IMG/VR virus record: IMGVR_UViG_3300028596_000001
Strand: one strand, 5' to 3'
Length of the DNA: 64,000 bases
Source of the DNA: a virus
Lineage: Duplodnaviria > Caudoviricetes
Made by a program: the position numbers and the translations under genes. Below are positions 38,018 through 46,734 of the stretch, piece after piece. Position 1 is the first letter of the stretch. The number at the start of each line of letters is the position of its first letter. A model generated the notes under the pieces. It worked only from the letters and a program-made list of their open reading frames with translations, was not told where the DNA came from and made no database searches.

Positions 38018-38247
38018 TTATTTACTTCCTTCAGCTTGCGCTGGTACTCTTCTTCGATAACCGATTTCTGAAGCTTCTTAGTGTGGCAGGCAGGGAGATC
38101 CCACTCAGCCTCACAGTTCTTCTTCTGCAAGTCTTCATTGGCCTCGTAGAAACCATAGGAAAAGCAAGTAACACACAGCAAGAACATTCCAACTAACGAA
38201 AATACAAACCGGCCGCTGGTGCCGTCTTCGTCATCATAACAACTCAT
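38014..38247 (-). CDS. TM + C-x8-C protein
   Basis: CEAEWDLPAC. Confidence 0.7.
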   Translation of the reverse strand: MSCYDDEDGTSGRFVFSLVGMFLLCVTCFSYGFYEANEDLQKKNCEAEWDLPACHTKKLQKSVIEEEYQRKLKEVNK

Positions 38248-38480
38248 TTATTTAGTTCCTGGAGTTTTTGTTCGTAGGCTTCTTTAGCCTGTACTTTCTT
38301 TATGCGCTTTTCCAAACAGTCGACGGTTTCATATTCGACAGTACACAGATCCGCACGTTCACGCCGATCATATTCGGTAGACGCTTTGCCAATACCAATC
38401 AAGACAAGAATAATCACCGCCACCGTACTGAGGAGTTTTAATCCGTCCATAAAGGTGAAGCGGGTATCATTTCGACTCAT
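38244..38480 (-). CDS. TM + C-x8-C protein
   Basis: CTVEYETVDC. Confidence 0.7.
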   Translation of the reverse strand: MSRNDTRFTFMDGLKLLSTVAVIILVLIGIGKASTEYDRRERADLCTVEYETVDCLEKRIKKVQAKEAYEQKLQELNK

Positions 38481-38760
38481 TGCTCTCTCCCGCTTTAAGG
38501 GTTTCTTCGAGCGCCTTAGTCAGACAAAGAGGATTGTTCATCAGTAACTTACACTCCGATTTAGTGGGTGTGTTACGAATAACCTCTTGCTGCCGTTTGG
38601 CGTCTGCCAGGAACGCTTCGGTGGTCTTTTTGTAGTCAGCACTGAGGGCCGCCAGCTGTACCAAGAAAGAAATACAGATAGTAGGAATGGCTGCCATGCA
38701 AAACAAGAACAACCAATCCCAACGGTTAAGGCTACGTACTTTCTTTACGATCTGCTTCAA
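38467..38760 (-). CDS. TM + C-x8-C protein
   Basis: CKLLMNNPLC. Confidence 0.65.
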   Translation of the reverse strand: MKQIVKKVRSLNRWDWLFLFCMAAIPTICISFLVQLAALSADYKKTTEAFLADAKRQQEVIRNTPTKSECKLLMNNPLCLTKALEETLKAGESNESK

Positions 38761-39284
38761 TCGCCACAGCTCCCACCACCACTGTCGCCACCACTGCTGC
38801 CGCTATCGCCGCTATCACTACCACGGCCGTAGTCTGTCGGTGTATCGATAACGCAAGCGCTACGCTCAGGGCGACGGTAGCTGTCGTCATCACCGCTGGA
38901 CAGCACAGTATGTGCTACTGCCAGGTGCATGAGCGTATTGTCTGGTTCATGGTAACGTGGACCGGGCTGTTGGCCAGGATAATTCACACGACGCATTGGA
39001 GGAGGTGGTGGTGGTTGGCGATTCTGGCCAGTTAACGGATGTACTGGCGGAATAGAGCGCGTATAACCGGCAGGGGCTTCATGCATGCCGTAACCAGGAT
39101 TAACGCTAGATTTCCAGGTTGGGGTCTCGGGGCTTTCCATTGGCTCTTCCCCATGGTTTCTACGTAGGGCTTCAATGAACTCCTTATCCCCTGGCTTTAC
39201 CTTGATACGGCTACGGAACATCACGAAACCAACACACGCGCCACCCAGGCCAATTACACCCAGTACAATCGATCCCAAATCCAT
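38757..39284 (-). CDS. N-terminal TM protein with Pro-rich middle and Gly/Ser/Asp tail
   Basis: Ends GSDSGDSGSSGGDSGGGSCGD. Confidence 0.7.
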   Translation of the reverse strand: MDLGSIVLGVIGLGGACVGFVMFRSRIKVKPGDKEFIEALRRNHGEEPMESPETPTWKSSVNPGYGMHEAPAGYTRSIPPVHPLTGQNRQPPPPPPMRRVNYPGQQPGPRYHEPDNTLMHLAVAHTVLSSGDDDSYRRPERSACVIDTPTDYGRGSDSGDSGSSGGDSGGGSCGD

Positions 39285-39347
39285 AAATAATCTCCCGTGG
39301 TTAAAGTACCTACCGGAGTCCCGAAGGACCCCGATAGGATTTCTAAA

Positions 39348-39674
39348 TTATTGTTTAGACAGTAACGAAATACGGCGCTTACCTTCCGCAAATGCTTCCG
39401 GGCCAGTACGCCCGGTTTGAGCTTTATACCAATCCATCCAACTAGCCGAAGGAGAGAAAGGATCAAAGGTGCTAAGCATGACAGGCTCTGGGGTAGGAGG
39501 CATGTTATCTGGGTGATTATTCCCGGACTTACCTTGCTGCCAATTGAGAGTACTGGTATTGGCATCTACCAGATACAACTCCTTCTCATAACCGTCCACA
39601 GTTACCTTGTAGATGATCTTCCCCTCGTGGTTGCGCCCCACTTGGTCTACCCGCGCGTTCTTTTCCAGGTTCAT
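39348..39674 (-). CDS. WxxWY-module protein
   Basis: SASWMDWYKAQTGRTGPEAFAEG. Confidence 0.6.
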   Translation of the reverse strand: MNLEKNARVDQVGRNHEGKIIYKVTVDGYEKELYLVDANTSTLNWQQGKSGNNHPDNMPPTPEPVMLSTFDPFSPSASWMDWYKAQTGRTGPEAFAEGKRRISLLSKQ

Positions 39675-39677
39675 GGT

Positions 39678-40238
39678 TTACTCCGGTTTAGGCTTAGGGA
39701 AGATTCCGTCGGCAGGATCCCGGTATGCACCATAGGTCGGGTCGATAACCGCCGTCAGCGTTTTCCAGTTCTCGAGCAGCTTCTCCAGACCCTCTTGAGT
39801 TAATCCAAGGGTAGCTGGGTTGGCAACTTCGAAACAGTCAACGATAAGCTTACCGGGCAACTTAGGGAACTTCTTTAGGATCTCGGCGCCCAGATGCGCC
39901 ATATCGTTTTGATCCAAGATCCCCACGCAGTAGGCAACACGGTTAACCATGAGGCTGATTCGCGACAGGACCATCGAACGATCTTCGAAACTTTTACGTA
40001 CTTCTTTCAAAGTACGACGGAACCCTACAGCTTCCATAAACGATTCGCCAGATTTAGAAGGCAGCCAGTTGCTGAAGTAACCGTCCGGAATGACCCGAAC
40101 CTCCACACCTTTGTCAACTACTTTACCCTCGATAGCATCGATTGCAACGCCGTGAGGTATTAAAGTCCCTTGACGCAACATGCGACCGAGCGACTGCTTA
40201 TTAACTGGTTCTGGCTGAGTATCTTTATCTTTTGTCAT
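39678..40238 (-). CDS. Hypothetical protein
   Basis: Tiling. Confidence 0.65.
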   Translation of the reverse strand: MTKDKDTQPEPVNKQSLGRMLRQGTLIPHGVAIDAIEGKVVDKGVEVRVIPDGYFSNWLPSKSGESFMEAVGFRRTLKEVRKSFEDRSMVLSRISLMVNRVAYCVGILDQNDMAHLGAEILKKFPKLPGKLIVDCFEVANPATLGLTQEGLEKLLENWKTLTAVIDPTYGAYRDPADGIFPKPKPE

Positions 40239-40240
40239 TA

Positions 40241-40618
40241 TTACATTCCTCGTTTAAGAGCCAAACTGTAAGCATACGCTTCTTCTGGGGACATCTTGTC
40301 TTCACGGGCCATGTGCATCACCCAAAGCAAAGAGATATGTCCATCAGAAGTAAGCATGGTATCTGGAACAGGGATGATGTTGTCAGGAATGGTAAGAACC
40401 AAATCAGCAACAATCTTCCGTTTTATAGTTTCCCCGTAGTCCCTTACCATACGGTCACCTACGTTCTTCGCTTGTCCAAAACGAGGAATTTGTTTTACTC
40501 TACCTAACAAGTGAGGCTTCCAATACTCAATCCAGACGTCGTTCACTTCATCTGGATTGGTGGTAAATACCGAAGGTTCGTTGTCCTTCGGTAAGTACAA
40601 AACTATTCCGTCGTCCAT
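40241..40618 (-). CDS. Hypothetical protein with weak WxxWY-like module
   Basis: LLWVMHMAREDKMSPEEA. Confidence 0.55.
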   Translation of the reverse strand: MDDGIVLYLPKDNEPSVFTTNPDEVNDVWIEYWKPHLLGRVKQIPRFGQAKNVGDRMVRDYGETIKRKIVADLVLTIPDNIIPVPDTMLTSDGHISLLWVMHMAREDKMSPEEAYAYSLALKRGM

Positions 40619-41031
40619 TACTCTTCCTTGGTCTCTGGGCCAACCTGAACAAGCTTATTACAATCCAGCTCACCCCAGACGCCAGCGTGATAAGCCGACC
40701 CATAACCCACGTTGTGGGTATAGCGGTACCAAATGATCCACTCCAAACGCGATACTTGTTTGGGACCATTGCCGACAGATGCCTCAATAAATTTAATCGG
40801 CTCGATGCTCGGATCCATGTAACGGAGAGGTTCTTCTTCGAGGAGCTTGATAACTTCCTCACCACGTTGATAAGCCTGCATGAGGTTCGTACGTGGGTTG
40901 TTACGAATATACCAGGCAAGCCAATGCACACTAACAGGGCGGCGATGGTTACCAGTGAAGATGCAAGGCTCGTCCAATGCTGGCTGGTAAGTGACGTTGG
41001 TGTTATTAACGTCCAGAGCTTTGTCGTTCAT
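40618..41031 (-). CDS. Protein of two WxxWY modules
   Basis: HWLAWYIRNNPRTNLMQAYQRG and EWIIWYRYTHNVGYGSAYHAG. Confidence 0.65.
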   Translation of the reverse strand: MNDKALDVNNTNVTYQPALDEPCIFTGNHRRPVSVHWLAWYIRNNPRTNLMQAYQRGEEVIKLLEEEPLRYMDPSIEPIKFIEASVGNGPKQVSRLEWIIWYRYTHNVGYGSAYHAGVWGELDCNKLVQVGPETKEE

Positions 41032-41036
41032 GTTGA

Positions 41037-41627
41037 TTACTCTTTTCCTAAGAAGGTTTTACTTGCTGTAAAGTACACTTGTTTACGATCGAACACACAG
41101 AACTCGGCTTTACCTGCGGAACCATGACCACTACCGCCGTGGATGGCTCCGTCATAGCCGAGCTTACGCAATCTGTTCACTTCCATGAGGCTTTCGAAGA
41201 AACGATGGGCCTGGAAGTACAACTTGGATAAATCATCTCGCTCCGACAGGTATTCCGGAACACTCCGGAAATACATACTCAGCTTGCGCCAATTGTCGGT
41301 TTCTTCAATATACTTGGCGAAACGGAGAGCGATCCGCTTAGCTTCGCCTTTACCCAAACGTTCAGCCACGTCACTGAGTTCCAGGAACGGATCATCAGGC
41401 TGGTCGATAAAAGGTCGGTCCAGTACCAAATGAACCGGGTAGACACGTGAGGTGTAATAGTTGCCAGTGGTGCTGTCGACCTCGGAATAGATGTTGGCCG
41501 TGTCGATATCTCCGAAATACAAAGCACGGAGATTAGACTTAGGCGTATCGTAAGCGGGGTGGGTACATTCGCCCCGGAACAAACGCAAAGCCTGACCATC
41601 AGGTCCTTTATAAAACGGCATAACCAA
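41037..41627 (-). CDS. ADP-ribosyltransferase-like protein (ART-PolyVal-like)
   Basis: LFRG ... LYFG..TANIYS ... VYPVHL..RPF ... GYDGAI ... EFCVFDRKQV. Confidence 0.7.
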   Translation of the reverse strand: MVMPFYKGPDGQALRLFRGECTHPAYDTPKSNLRALYFGDIDTANIYSEVDSTTGNYYTSRVYPVHLVLDRPFIDQPDDPFLELSDVAERLGKGEAKRIALRFAKYIEETDNWRKLSMYFRSVPEYLSERDDLSKLYFQAHRFFESLMEVNRLRKLGYDGAIHGGSGHGSAGKAEFCVFDRKQVYFTASKTFLGKE

Positions 41628-41634
41628 CTCCTTA

Positions 41635-42273
41635 TTAATAACCTTCTTGGTCGTCGATAGCGTGGTCGAAGAAATACGACATACCAGAGAAACCGAAGTG
41701 GTGGAACATCATGACCTTACCTTTGAAATGGGTAAGGCCTTTTTCACGCGCCCACTTGTAGTACGACTTCTTGATGAGGTCTTTCTCATCTTCGATAGTC
41801 CACTTATCGTGTTCACGCAGCCACTTGGCGTTGGTGGATACTTGGAAGCCCCAGACTTCTTTGTCGTTGTAGATAACCCCGTGGTTACCTTCAGCGATCA
41901 TGCGCTCAATGATCTCACCCCAGCGCACCTTTTCCGCGAAGTACTTCAGTACGTGCTTCACCGGGCACTTGGCCGACATGATGTTATCCAGCAACGAACG
42001 TTGCATGAAGCGTGGTACGTTGTGGTAGTTACGTTGGCACAGCTGGATGATCTTCTTCGGGTTATCGGTGAAGTAACGGTAGAAGTAATCGATCAACTGG
42101 TTTTCCTGTTCGATCGGATACAGCGAATCATCCAGAACGAAAGGTGGTGGGGTCTTACGGAAACTAGGCGGGGTTTTGGTATACTGCTTCCAAGCCAAGG
42201 CCAGTTCGCTCAGGGCTTCGTCAGACAGTTTAGCGTTAGCCAGCTCTTGTTTCAACTCAGTGGTAGCGTCCAA
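41635..42273 (-). CDS. Hypothetical protein
   Basis: Tiling. Confidence 0.65.
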   Translation of the reverse strand: MDATTELKQELANAKLSDEALSELALAWKQYTKTPPSFRKTPPPFVLDDSLYPIEQENQLIDYFYRYFTDNPKKIIQLCQRNYHNVPRFMQRSLLDNIMSAKCPVKHVLKYFAEKVRWGEIIERMIAEGNHGVIYNDKEVWGFQVSTNAKWLREHDKWTIEDEKDLIKKSYYKWAREKGLTHFKGKVMMFHHFGFSGMSYFFDHAIDDQEGY

Positions 42274-42582
42274 TTACTTATTCCTTTCCTGTAAACGTTT
42301 ATTTTTGCTGCGGATATTACGATTAGTACGACGAAGTTGTTTAACCTCGTCTTCCAGCCACAACATACGTTGGGCTACGGCAGCTATCACATGTTCTGGG
42401 ATAGTGGTTTCTTCCAGGTGCTCGGTAGCCAATAGGTCTACCAGAATCTCTTCGGTAGACTTTTCTGGATAGATGAACTCCGCACGAGTAATGGGTTGGT
42501 TAAGTTTATATTTTGTAGCAAAATACGCCAAGTGGTCTTTAACCAGTACCCCATTGGAATCGAAGTTTAAACGATTACCCAT
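42274..42582 (-). CDS. Hypothetical protein with C-terminal coiled coil
   Basis: LEDEVKQLRRTNRNIRSKNKRLQ. Confidence 0.6.
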   Translation of the reverse strand: MGNRLNFDSNGVLVKDHLAYFATKYKLNQPITRAEFIYPEKSTEEILVDLLATEHLEETTIPEHVIAAVAQRMLWLEDEVKQLRRTNRNIRSKNKRLQERNK

Positions 42583-42591
42583 GGAACCCCC

Positions 42592-42981
42592 TTAGTGCTT
42601 GACGACTTCTTTCTTGTTCTGATACTCGTCGACGTAGGTTTTAACGCCAGTGATCAGAACATCGACGATGTCGTCATCGAGTTTATCTTCACCATGGAAC
42701 ATGACGGTCATGCGCATGTCCTTTTTGTCTTTCAGTGAGTGCGCAGTTAACAGGCCGATCTGCTGAGTACCTTTCTGCTCGGCGATTTGGATGGCGATCA
42801 TCTTCTGCTTCTTGTTGTTCTTGCCTTCGGCGCAGTTGAACAAGAAGTGGCGACCGCGGAGTACTTCTGGGATCGACTCAGCGTGATCAAAGATCAATGC
42901 CGGGATAGTCTGCTGTTCGTGGATGAACTGGAACAGTGCATCATAGGTTTTGGTGAACGGGGATTTCTTGACGATAGCCAT
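42592..42981 (-). CDS. Hypothetical protein (probable paralog of 42991-43425)
   Basis: IPALIF, L.G.HFLF, DKL..L...YV. Confidence 0.65.
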   Translation of the reverse strand: MAIVKKSPFTKTYDALFQFIHEQQTIPALIFDHAESIPEVLRGRHFLFNCAEGKNNKKQKMIAIQIAEQKGTQQIGLLTAHSLKDKKDMRMTVMFHGEDKLDDDIVDVLITGVKTYVDEYQNKKEVVKH

Positions 42982-42990
42982 TGTGGCTCC

Positions 42991-43425
42991 TTAGTGAATA
43001 GTAGTATTGCCTGGCAGAACGGTAGCTGCCATTTCTTCTTTGGTGATAAACTGCATGCTGTCGTCCTCTACTTTGAAGACATACCCGTGCAGCATGGATA
43101 CCAACTCTTGGGTTTCCCGTGGGCTGAGGTCGTCCAGCATGCTCAGAGGGGTAATACAGAAACCACCATCTTGATCTTCAAAGATCACACGCAACGGTTC
43201 GTAGTCCTTCTCTGGGTCACCTGTGTTACCGATCAGCTTGAGGATAACCAACCCCAAACCACCCATGGGATTACGGGCGATGGTAAACATGAACGACGCA
43301 CCATCCAGACGATGAACTTCGTTCTTGAAGATAGCCGTGATAACCAACCCCGGCATGTCTTCCTTTTCCAGGTATTCATCGAACGCGGTTACCAGCTTAT
43401 CAATAGCACCTTTTTCTTCTTTCAC
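42991..43425 (-). CDS. Hypothetical protein (probable paralog of 42592-42981)
   Basis: MPGLVI, L.G.SFMF, DDL..L...YV. Confidence 0.65.
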   Translation of the reverse strand: MKEEKGAIDKLVTAFDEYLEKEDMPGLVITAIFKNEVHRLDGASFMFTIARNPMGGLGLVILKLIGNTGDPEKDYEPLRVIFEDQDGGFCITPLSMLDDLSPRETQELVSMLHGYVFKVEDDSMQFITKEEMAATVLPGNTTIH

Positions 43426-43458
43426 GATTACAATACTCCTTAAACAAAGTTATTGCTA

Positions 43459-43481
43459 CACCCAGGTAATATAGATGCGTA
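43459..43481 (-). promoter_or_regulatory. Early-type promoter TATATTAC
   Basis: Minus strand TACGCATC-TATATTAC-CTGGGTG. Confidence 0.65.
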
Positions 43482-43501
43482 ATCCGGTTAAAACTAATAT
43501 A

Positions 43502-43529
43502 CCTCTATCCCTCCTAGGAGGGATAGAGG
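43502..43529. repeat. Perfect 28-bp palindrome centred on CCTAGG
   Basis: CCTCTATCCCTCCT|AGGAGGGATAGAGG. Confidence 0.85.
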
Positions 43530-43536
43530 CTATGGG

Positions 43537-44148
43537 TCAGATGCGGATCTCTGCCAACTTCCGAACGAAGATGATTTCGAGGTTGTTGACCTCTGCCGGG
43601 TACCAGGCCCAGTCCTTCTCTTCGCGGTTGAGTTCTTTTGCTACACGCTCAGCGCCGGCTTGCCAGGCGGTGGTGGTGTCGACGGAGTAAATAGAGCGAT
43701 ACCACTCGAGCCAGTCTTTTTCCAGAGTCGGTATGGAATCACGCTTGAAGCTGCAGAGCTTCGGTTCTTTCGGGCCTTTCGCAGCATAGTTCGAAAATTC
43801 GTGGAGGAACTGCTGCATGGCGGCCAATGGGTTGAACCCCTGGATACCTTCGGGCACTTCCACTACGATCATGTTCGACTGGATGCGCCTGGCGCCCATA
43901 CGCTGTTCAATAGCGTCGCTGATTTCTTTATATACGTCTTTGGTTCTGAAGCCCCACAGGGTATTATCGGACGTCACCACACCGATTTCAACGGTTTCGC
44001 CGCCGTACCCCCAGTTGGCTAAAAGCCAGCTGGTGAACTGGCGGTCGTTCATACGACCCAGGGTGTCGACAGCCAGTTTCTTGACATGCAGCAACTCTTC
44101 TTCGGTGAGGTTGTCACGGACGTACATATTGTTAACACGAACAGACAT
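43537..44148 (-). CDS. Protein with C-terminal WxxWY module
   Basis: EKDWLEWYRSIYSVDTTTAWQAG. Confidence 0.65.
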   Translation of the reverse strand: MSVRVNNMYVRDNLTEEELLHVKKLAVDTLGRMNDRQFTSWLLANWGYGGETVEIGVVTSDNTLWGFRTKDVYKEISDAIEQRMGARRIQSNMIVVEVPEGIQGFNPLAAMQQFLHEFSNYAAKGPKEPKLCSFKRDSIPTLEKDWLEWYRSIYSVDTTTAWQAGAERVAKELNREEKDWAWYPAEVNNLEIIFVRKLAEIRI

Positions 44149-44164
44149 GCGTAGCTCCTGCTAT

Positions 44165-45070
44165 TTAGAAAACAGTGATGGGGTTGTTGGTATAGACCGT
44201 GAAGTTACGAGTACCGTGTTCCATCTTGGCTTTATAAGTGTCGTACTGTGCCCCGTGTTCTTTTTCAAGTTCACGGCAGACCTTGTACGCACCGATCTTG
44301 ATTTCTTCGTCAACCATCTGTGCGACGAAAGCAATGTCACGATGGTTTGTTTTCGAAACGAATACATGCCACGCCAGCCAGTCTACTGGAATATAGCGAA
44401 CACCTTTGATAGCGTCAGCCCAATTCCACTTGCTAGGCTCGGACTTCGTGTATTCACTTGCCTTCCAGTGATCACCCAGGGCTTTGAGTAGGTACCGTAG
44501 GACCCCACCAACGATCTCATCGGAAACCCGATTGGAATACACCTCAAAGGTGCTCTTGGTGATAATCGCCAGGACTTCCATGTTGGACTTCTTGTGGATA
44601 ACAATAGATCCGGTATGGAAGGTTTGCACCTGGAACCAGCCGAGGTCCCATTCCTTCTGTTCTACTATGAACAAGCCCAGCAGGCCCAATGCATCATACA
44701 ACGTCTGGAATTCGTTGCAGTATGGATGCCGGTCGTACTTGACTGGGAGTCCTTTGTCACCGTACTCACCTTGGTCTTTGTCAAGATGCCGGCGCAACAA
44801 GTCAGCGAAGGCAGCATTGATGCGCTTAGGTGGGAAAGCTTCCTGCAAAGCACTACCACCGCTGTAAACAAACTTACCGGTGCCCTCAGAGTAGTAACCC
44901 ACCGCGATACCGTCCAACATAACGTGTATATTGTTGCTTACCGCAGCGGATGGTGCTCTGTGAAGAATGATCGAACCAGTCTTGTTCTTGAACAGCTCGC
45001 TTGGATTCAATCTGAACCCATAAGCGTACAGCATGTTCATTCGTTCTTTAAGGGGGATATCTTCAGCCAT
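44165..45070 (-). CDS. Protein with C-terminal WxxWH module
   Basis: PVDWLAWHVFVSKTNHRDIA. Confidence 0.65.
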   Translation of the reverse strand: MAEDIPLKERMNMLYAYGFRLNPSELFKNKTGSIILHRAPSAAVSNNIHVMLDGIAVGYYSEGTGKFVYSGGSALQEAFPPKRINAAFADLLRRHLDKDQGEYGDKGLPVKYDRHPYCNEFQTLYDALGLLGLFIVEQKEWDLGWFQVQTFHTGSIVIHKKSNMEVLAIITKSTFEVYSNRVSDEIVGGVLRYLLKALGDHWKASEYTKSEPSKWNWADAIKGVRYIPVDWLAWHVFVSKTNHRDIAFVAQMVDEEIKIGAYKVCRELEKEHGAQYDTYKAKMEHGTRNFTVYTNNPITVF

Positions 45071-45399
45071 TAATGTCGCTCCCTGCTATTGAATTCCGAC
45101 TTGGTAACTTCCTTGAGGATGAGTTGCACCCCGCCCTTTGGATGCTGGGTTTGGGAAGTCACCGTAAAGCCACGCTTGGAAACCAGGATGGCACGTTCAG
45201 CCAAAGGCTGGATACATACCGACCCAACTTTGAGCTGGCGTTTAAGCTTGCGCATCTCTGGGAGCACAGGCAAGCCAAAAACTTGAAAGCAGTAGTCGTC
45301 TATCAGCTCTTCGAAGAGACTTTTAGCCTTTTCGGCATCCAGTCCTTCGAAGAGCTTTTCGAAACGACCCTTCAATACTTCTTCAGTATTGTCGGTCAT
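45070..45399 (-). CDS. Hypothetical protein
   Basis: TAATG coupling with neighbours. Confidence 0.6.
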   Translation of the reverse strand: MTDNTEEVLKGRFEKLFEGLDAEKAKSLFEELIDDYCFQVFGLPVLPEMRKLKRQLKVGSVCIQPLAERAILVSKRGFTVTSQTQHPKGGVQLILKEVTKSEFNSRERH

Positions 45400-45701
45400 T
45401 ACTTCTCCTTAATCATTTCCACCAACGGTATGGGCGAGTAGAAGTCCTTAGCCGGAATGTATTCTTTTACGAATACTGTACATTCCTTCATCAGGTCCTC
45501 GTCGCTTTTCTCGAGCAACTCGATAGTCTGGTTTGCATTGGCCAGAAAATCTTTCATCTTCTTGGCCAGGTGTTCCATGGCCACTTCCATGGTCAGATTA
45601 TGCTGAGCCATATATTCAGCCAACCACACCTTATTAACGTCAGGGGAATCGACGTTAGTGAACAGCCATGGACGGCGAAAAGACATAGAGCTATTAGGCA
45701 T
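45399..45701 (-). CDS. Hypothetical protein with weak WxxWY-like module
   Basis: NKVWLAEYMAQHNLTMEVA. Confidence 0.6.
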   Translation of the reverse strand: MPNSSMSFRRPWLFTNVDSPDVNKVWLAEYMAQHNLTMEVAMEHLAKKMKDFLANANQTIELLEKSDEDLMKECTVFVKEYIPAKDFYSPIPLVEMIKEK

Positions 45702-45778
45702 CTGGTATTCCCTTCTTGGTTTATTTAGAGGTTAACAACAGTTACTCCCTGCAAAACTTCGTCCATAGTTCTGGTTTC

Positions 45779-46138
45779 TTATTTAGCCTCCCCCTCAGTG
45801 TATTTGGTTAGCATTCCTTCCAGAGCAGTTACAACCTCGCTTAGGTCACCGTGACCCAGCAAAGTCATTTCCTTGTCAGCAACGCGACGACGGAAGTTCA
45901 TCATACGTTGTAGGCAGGGTTTGATTTCAGAGCCGGTCCAGCCAGAGGTCTTCTTGTCCAGCATGATGACGAAATCCGGAATGCGGATCAGGTCACCACT
46001 GAACTGGACATGTAAAACATAATCGCTAGTGTGAAAATAGTGATCGTACTTCTCCCCCTCGGGAGTAGGTGCTTTGTCGAGCAGTTGGTTCACCAGTAGT
46101 TTGGATTTGTCAACCAGCTCACCGTAGACGATAGGCAT
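45779..46138 (-). CDS. Hypothetical protein
   Basis: Tiling. Confidence 0.6.
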   Translation of the reverse strand: MPIVYGELVDKSKLLVNQLLDKAPTPEGEKYDHYFHTSDYVLHVQFSGDLIRIPDFVIMLDKKTSGWTGSEIKPCLQRMMNFRRRVADKEMTLLGHGDLSEVVTALEGMLTKYTEGEAK

Positions 46139-46446
46139 TACTTCTTTCCTTCTAAGTCATTGATGGCCTTAATTACCATGGCATAGATTTCGTTAATATC
46201 GCCGTAGGTAACTGGGTCATCGTCAATTTGATAATTATCAGTAACATGGATCTTGATGGCTAGCTCTGGCTCATTGGTTGCCAGGACTACGTAGCCGATC
46301 CGCGGATTGTACTCGACGCTAAGAATAACGTCACCCGATTTAGCAAAGCCCAACCAACCGACCATATTGGGTTCTTCCGGTCGGACGTACTCGATGAGCT
46401 TCTTCAGTGGTTCAACCAGTTCTACTACAATTTGTTCGAGGTTCAT
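46138..46446 (-). CDS. Hypothetical protein
   Basis: GGAG RBS, tiling. Confidence 0.6.
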   Translation of the reverse strand: MNLEQIVVELVEPLKKLIEYVRPEEPNMVGWLGFAKSGDVILSVEYNPRIGYVVLATNEPELAIKIHVTDNYQIDDDPVTYGDINEIYAMVIKAINDLEGKK

Positions 46447-46457
46447 CTATGCTCCCC

Positions 46458-46664
46458 TTACGTAATTGCGTTACAGGTCACTACTAGTTTGGTCGGACCC
46501 TTCTCTGCCTTAATACTCGAATTCGACCAGCTCTTTATATAACTGGTCATCCCGTAACTTTTTACAACCTGCTCCATAGCCGGCTTACATTCGTTAGCGG
46601 GCATAGTGGTAGTAACCGGGGCACTACCTACCATGGAGAACACAGCAATAACGAGCGCTTTCAT
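46458..46664 (-). CDS. Small hypothetical protein, hydrophobic N-terminus, two Cys
   Basis: AGGTG RBS. Confidence 0.55.
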   Translation of the reverse strand: MKALVIAVFSMVGSAPVTTTMPANECKPAMEQVVKSYGMTSYIKSWSNSSIKAEKGPTKLVVTCNAIT

Positions 46665-46680
46665 AAATCACCTATAATGC

Positions 46681-46724
46681 AAAAAGAAAAGGTGAGCACC
46701 AGGTACCCCCGAAGGAGTACCTGG
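46681..46724 (-). terminator. Intrinsic terminator after 46735-48036
   Basis: CCAGGTAC..CGAA..GTACCTGG plus A-run. Confidence 0.7.
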
Positions 46725-46734
46725 CACTGAACCG

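Noticed and set aside
45722-45763. 13-codon minus-strand ORF MDEVLQGVTVVNL
   Set aside because: No convincing RBS; too short to support.
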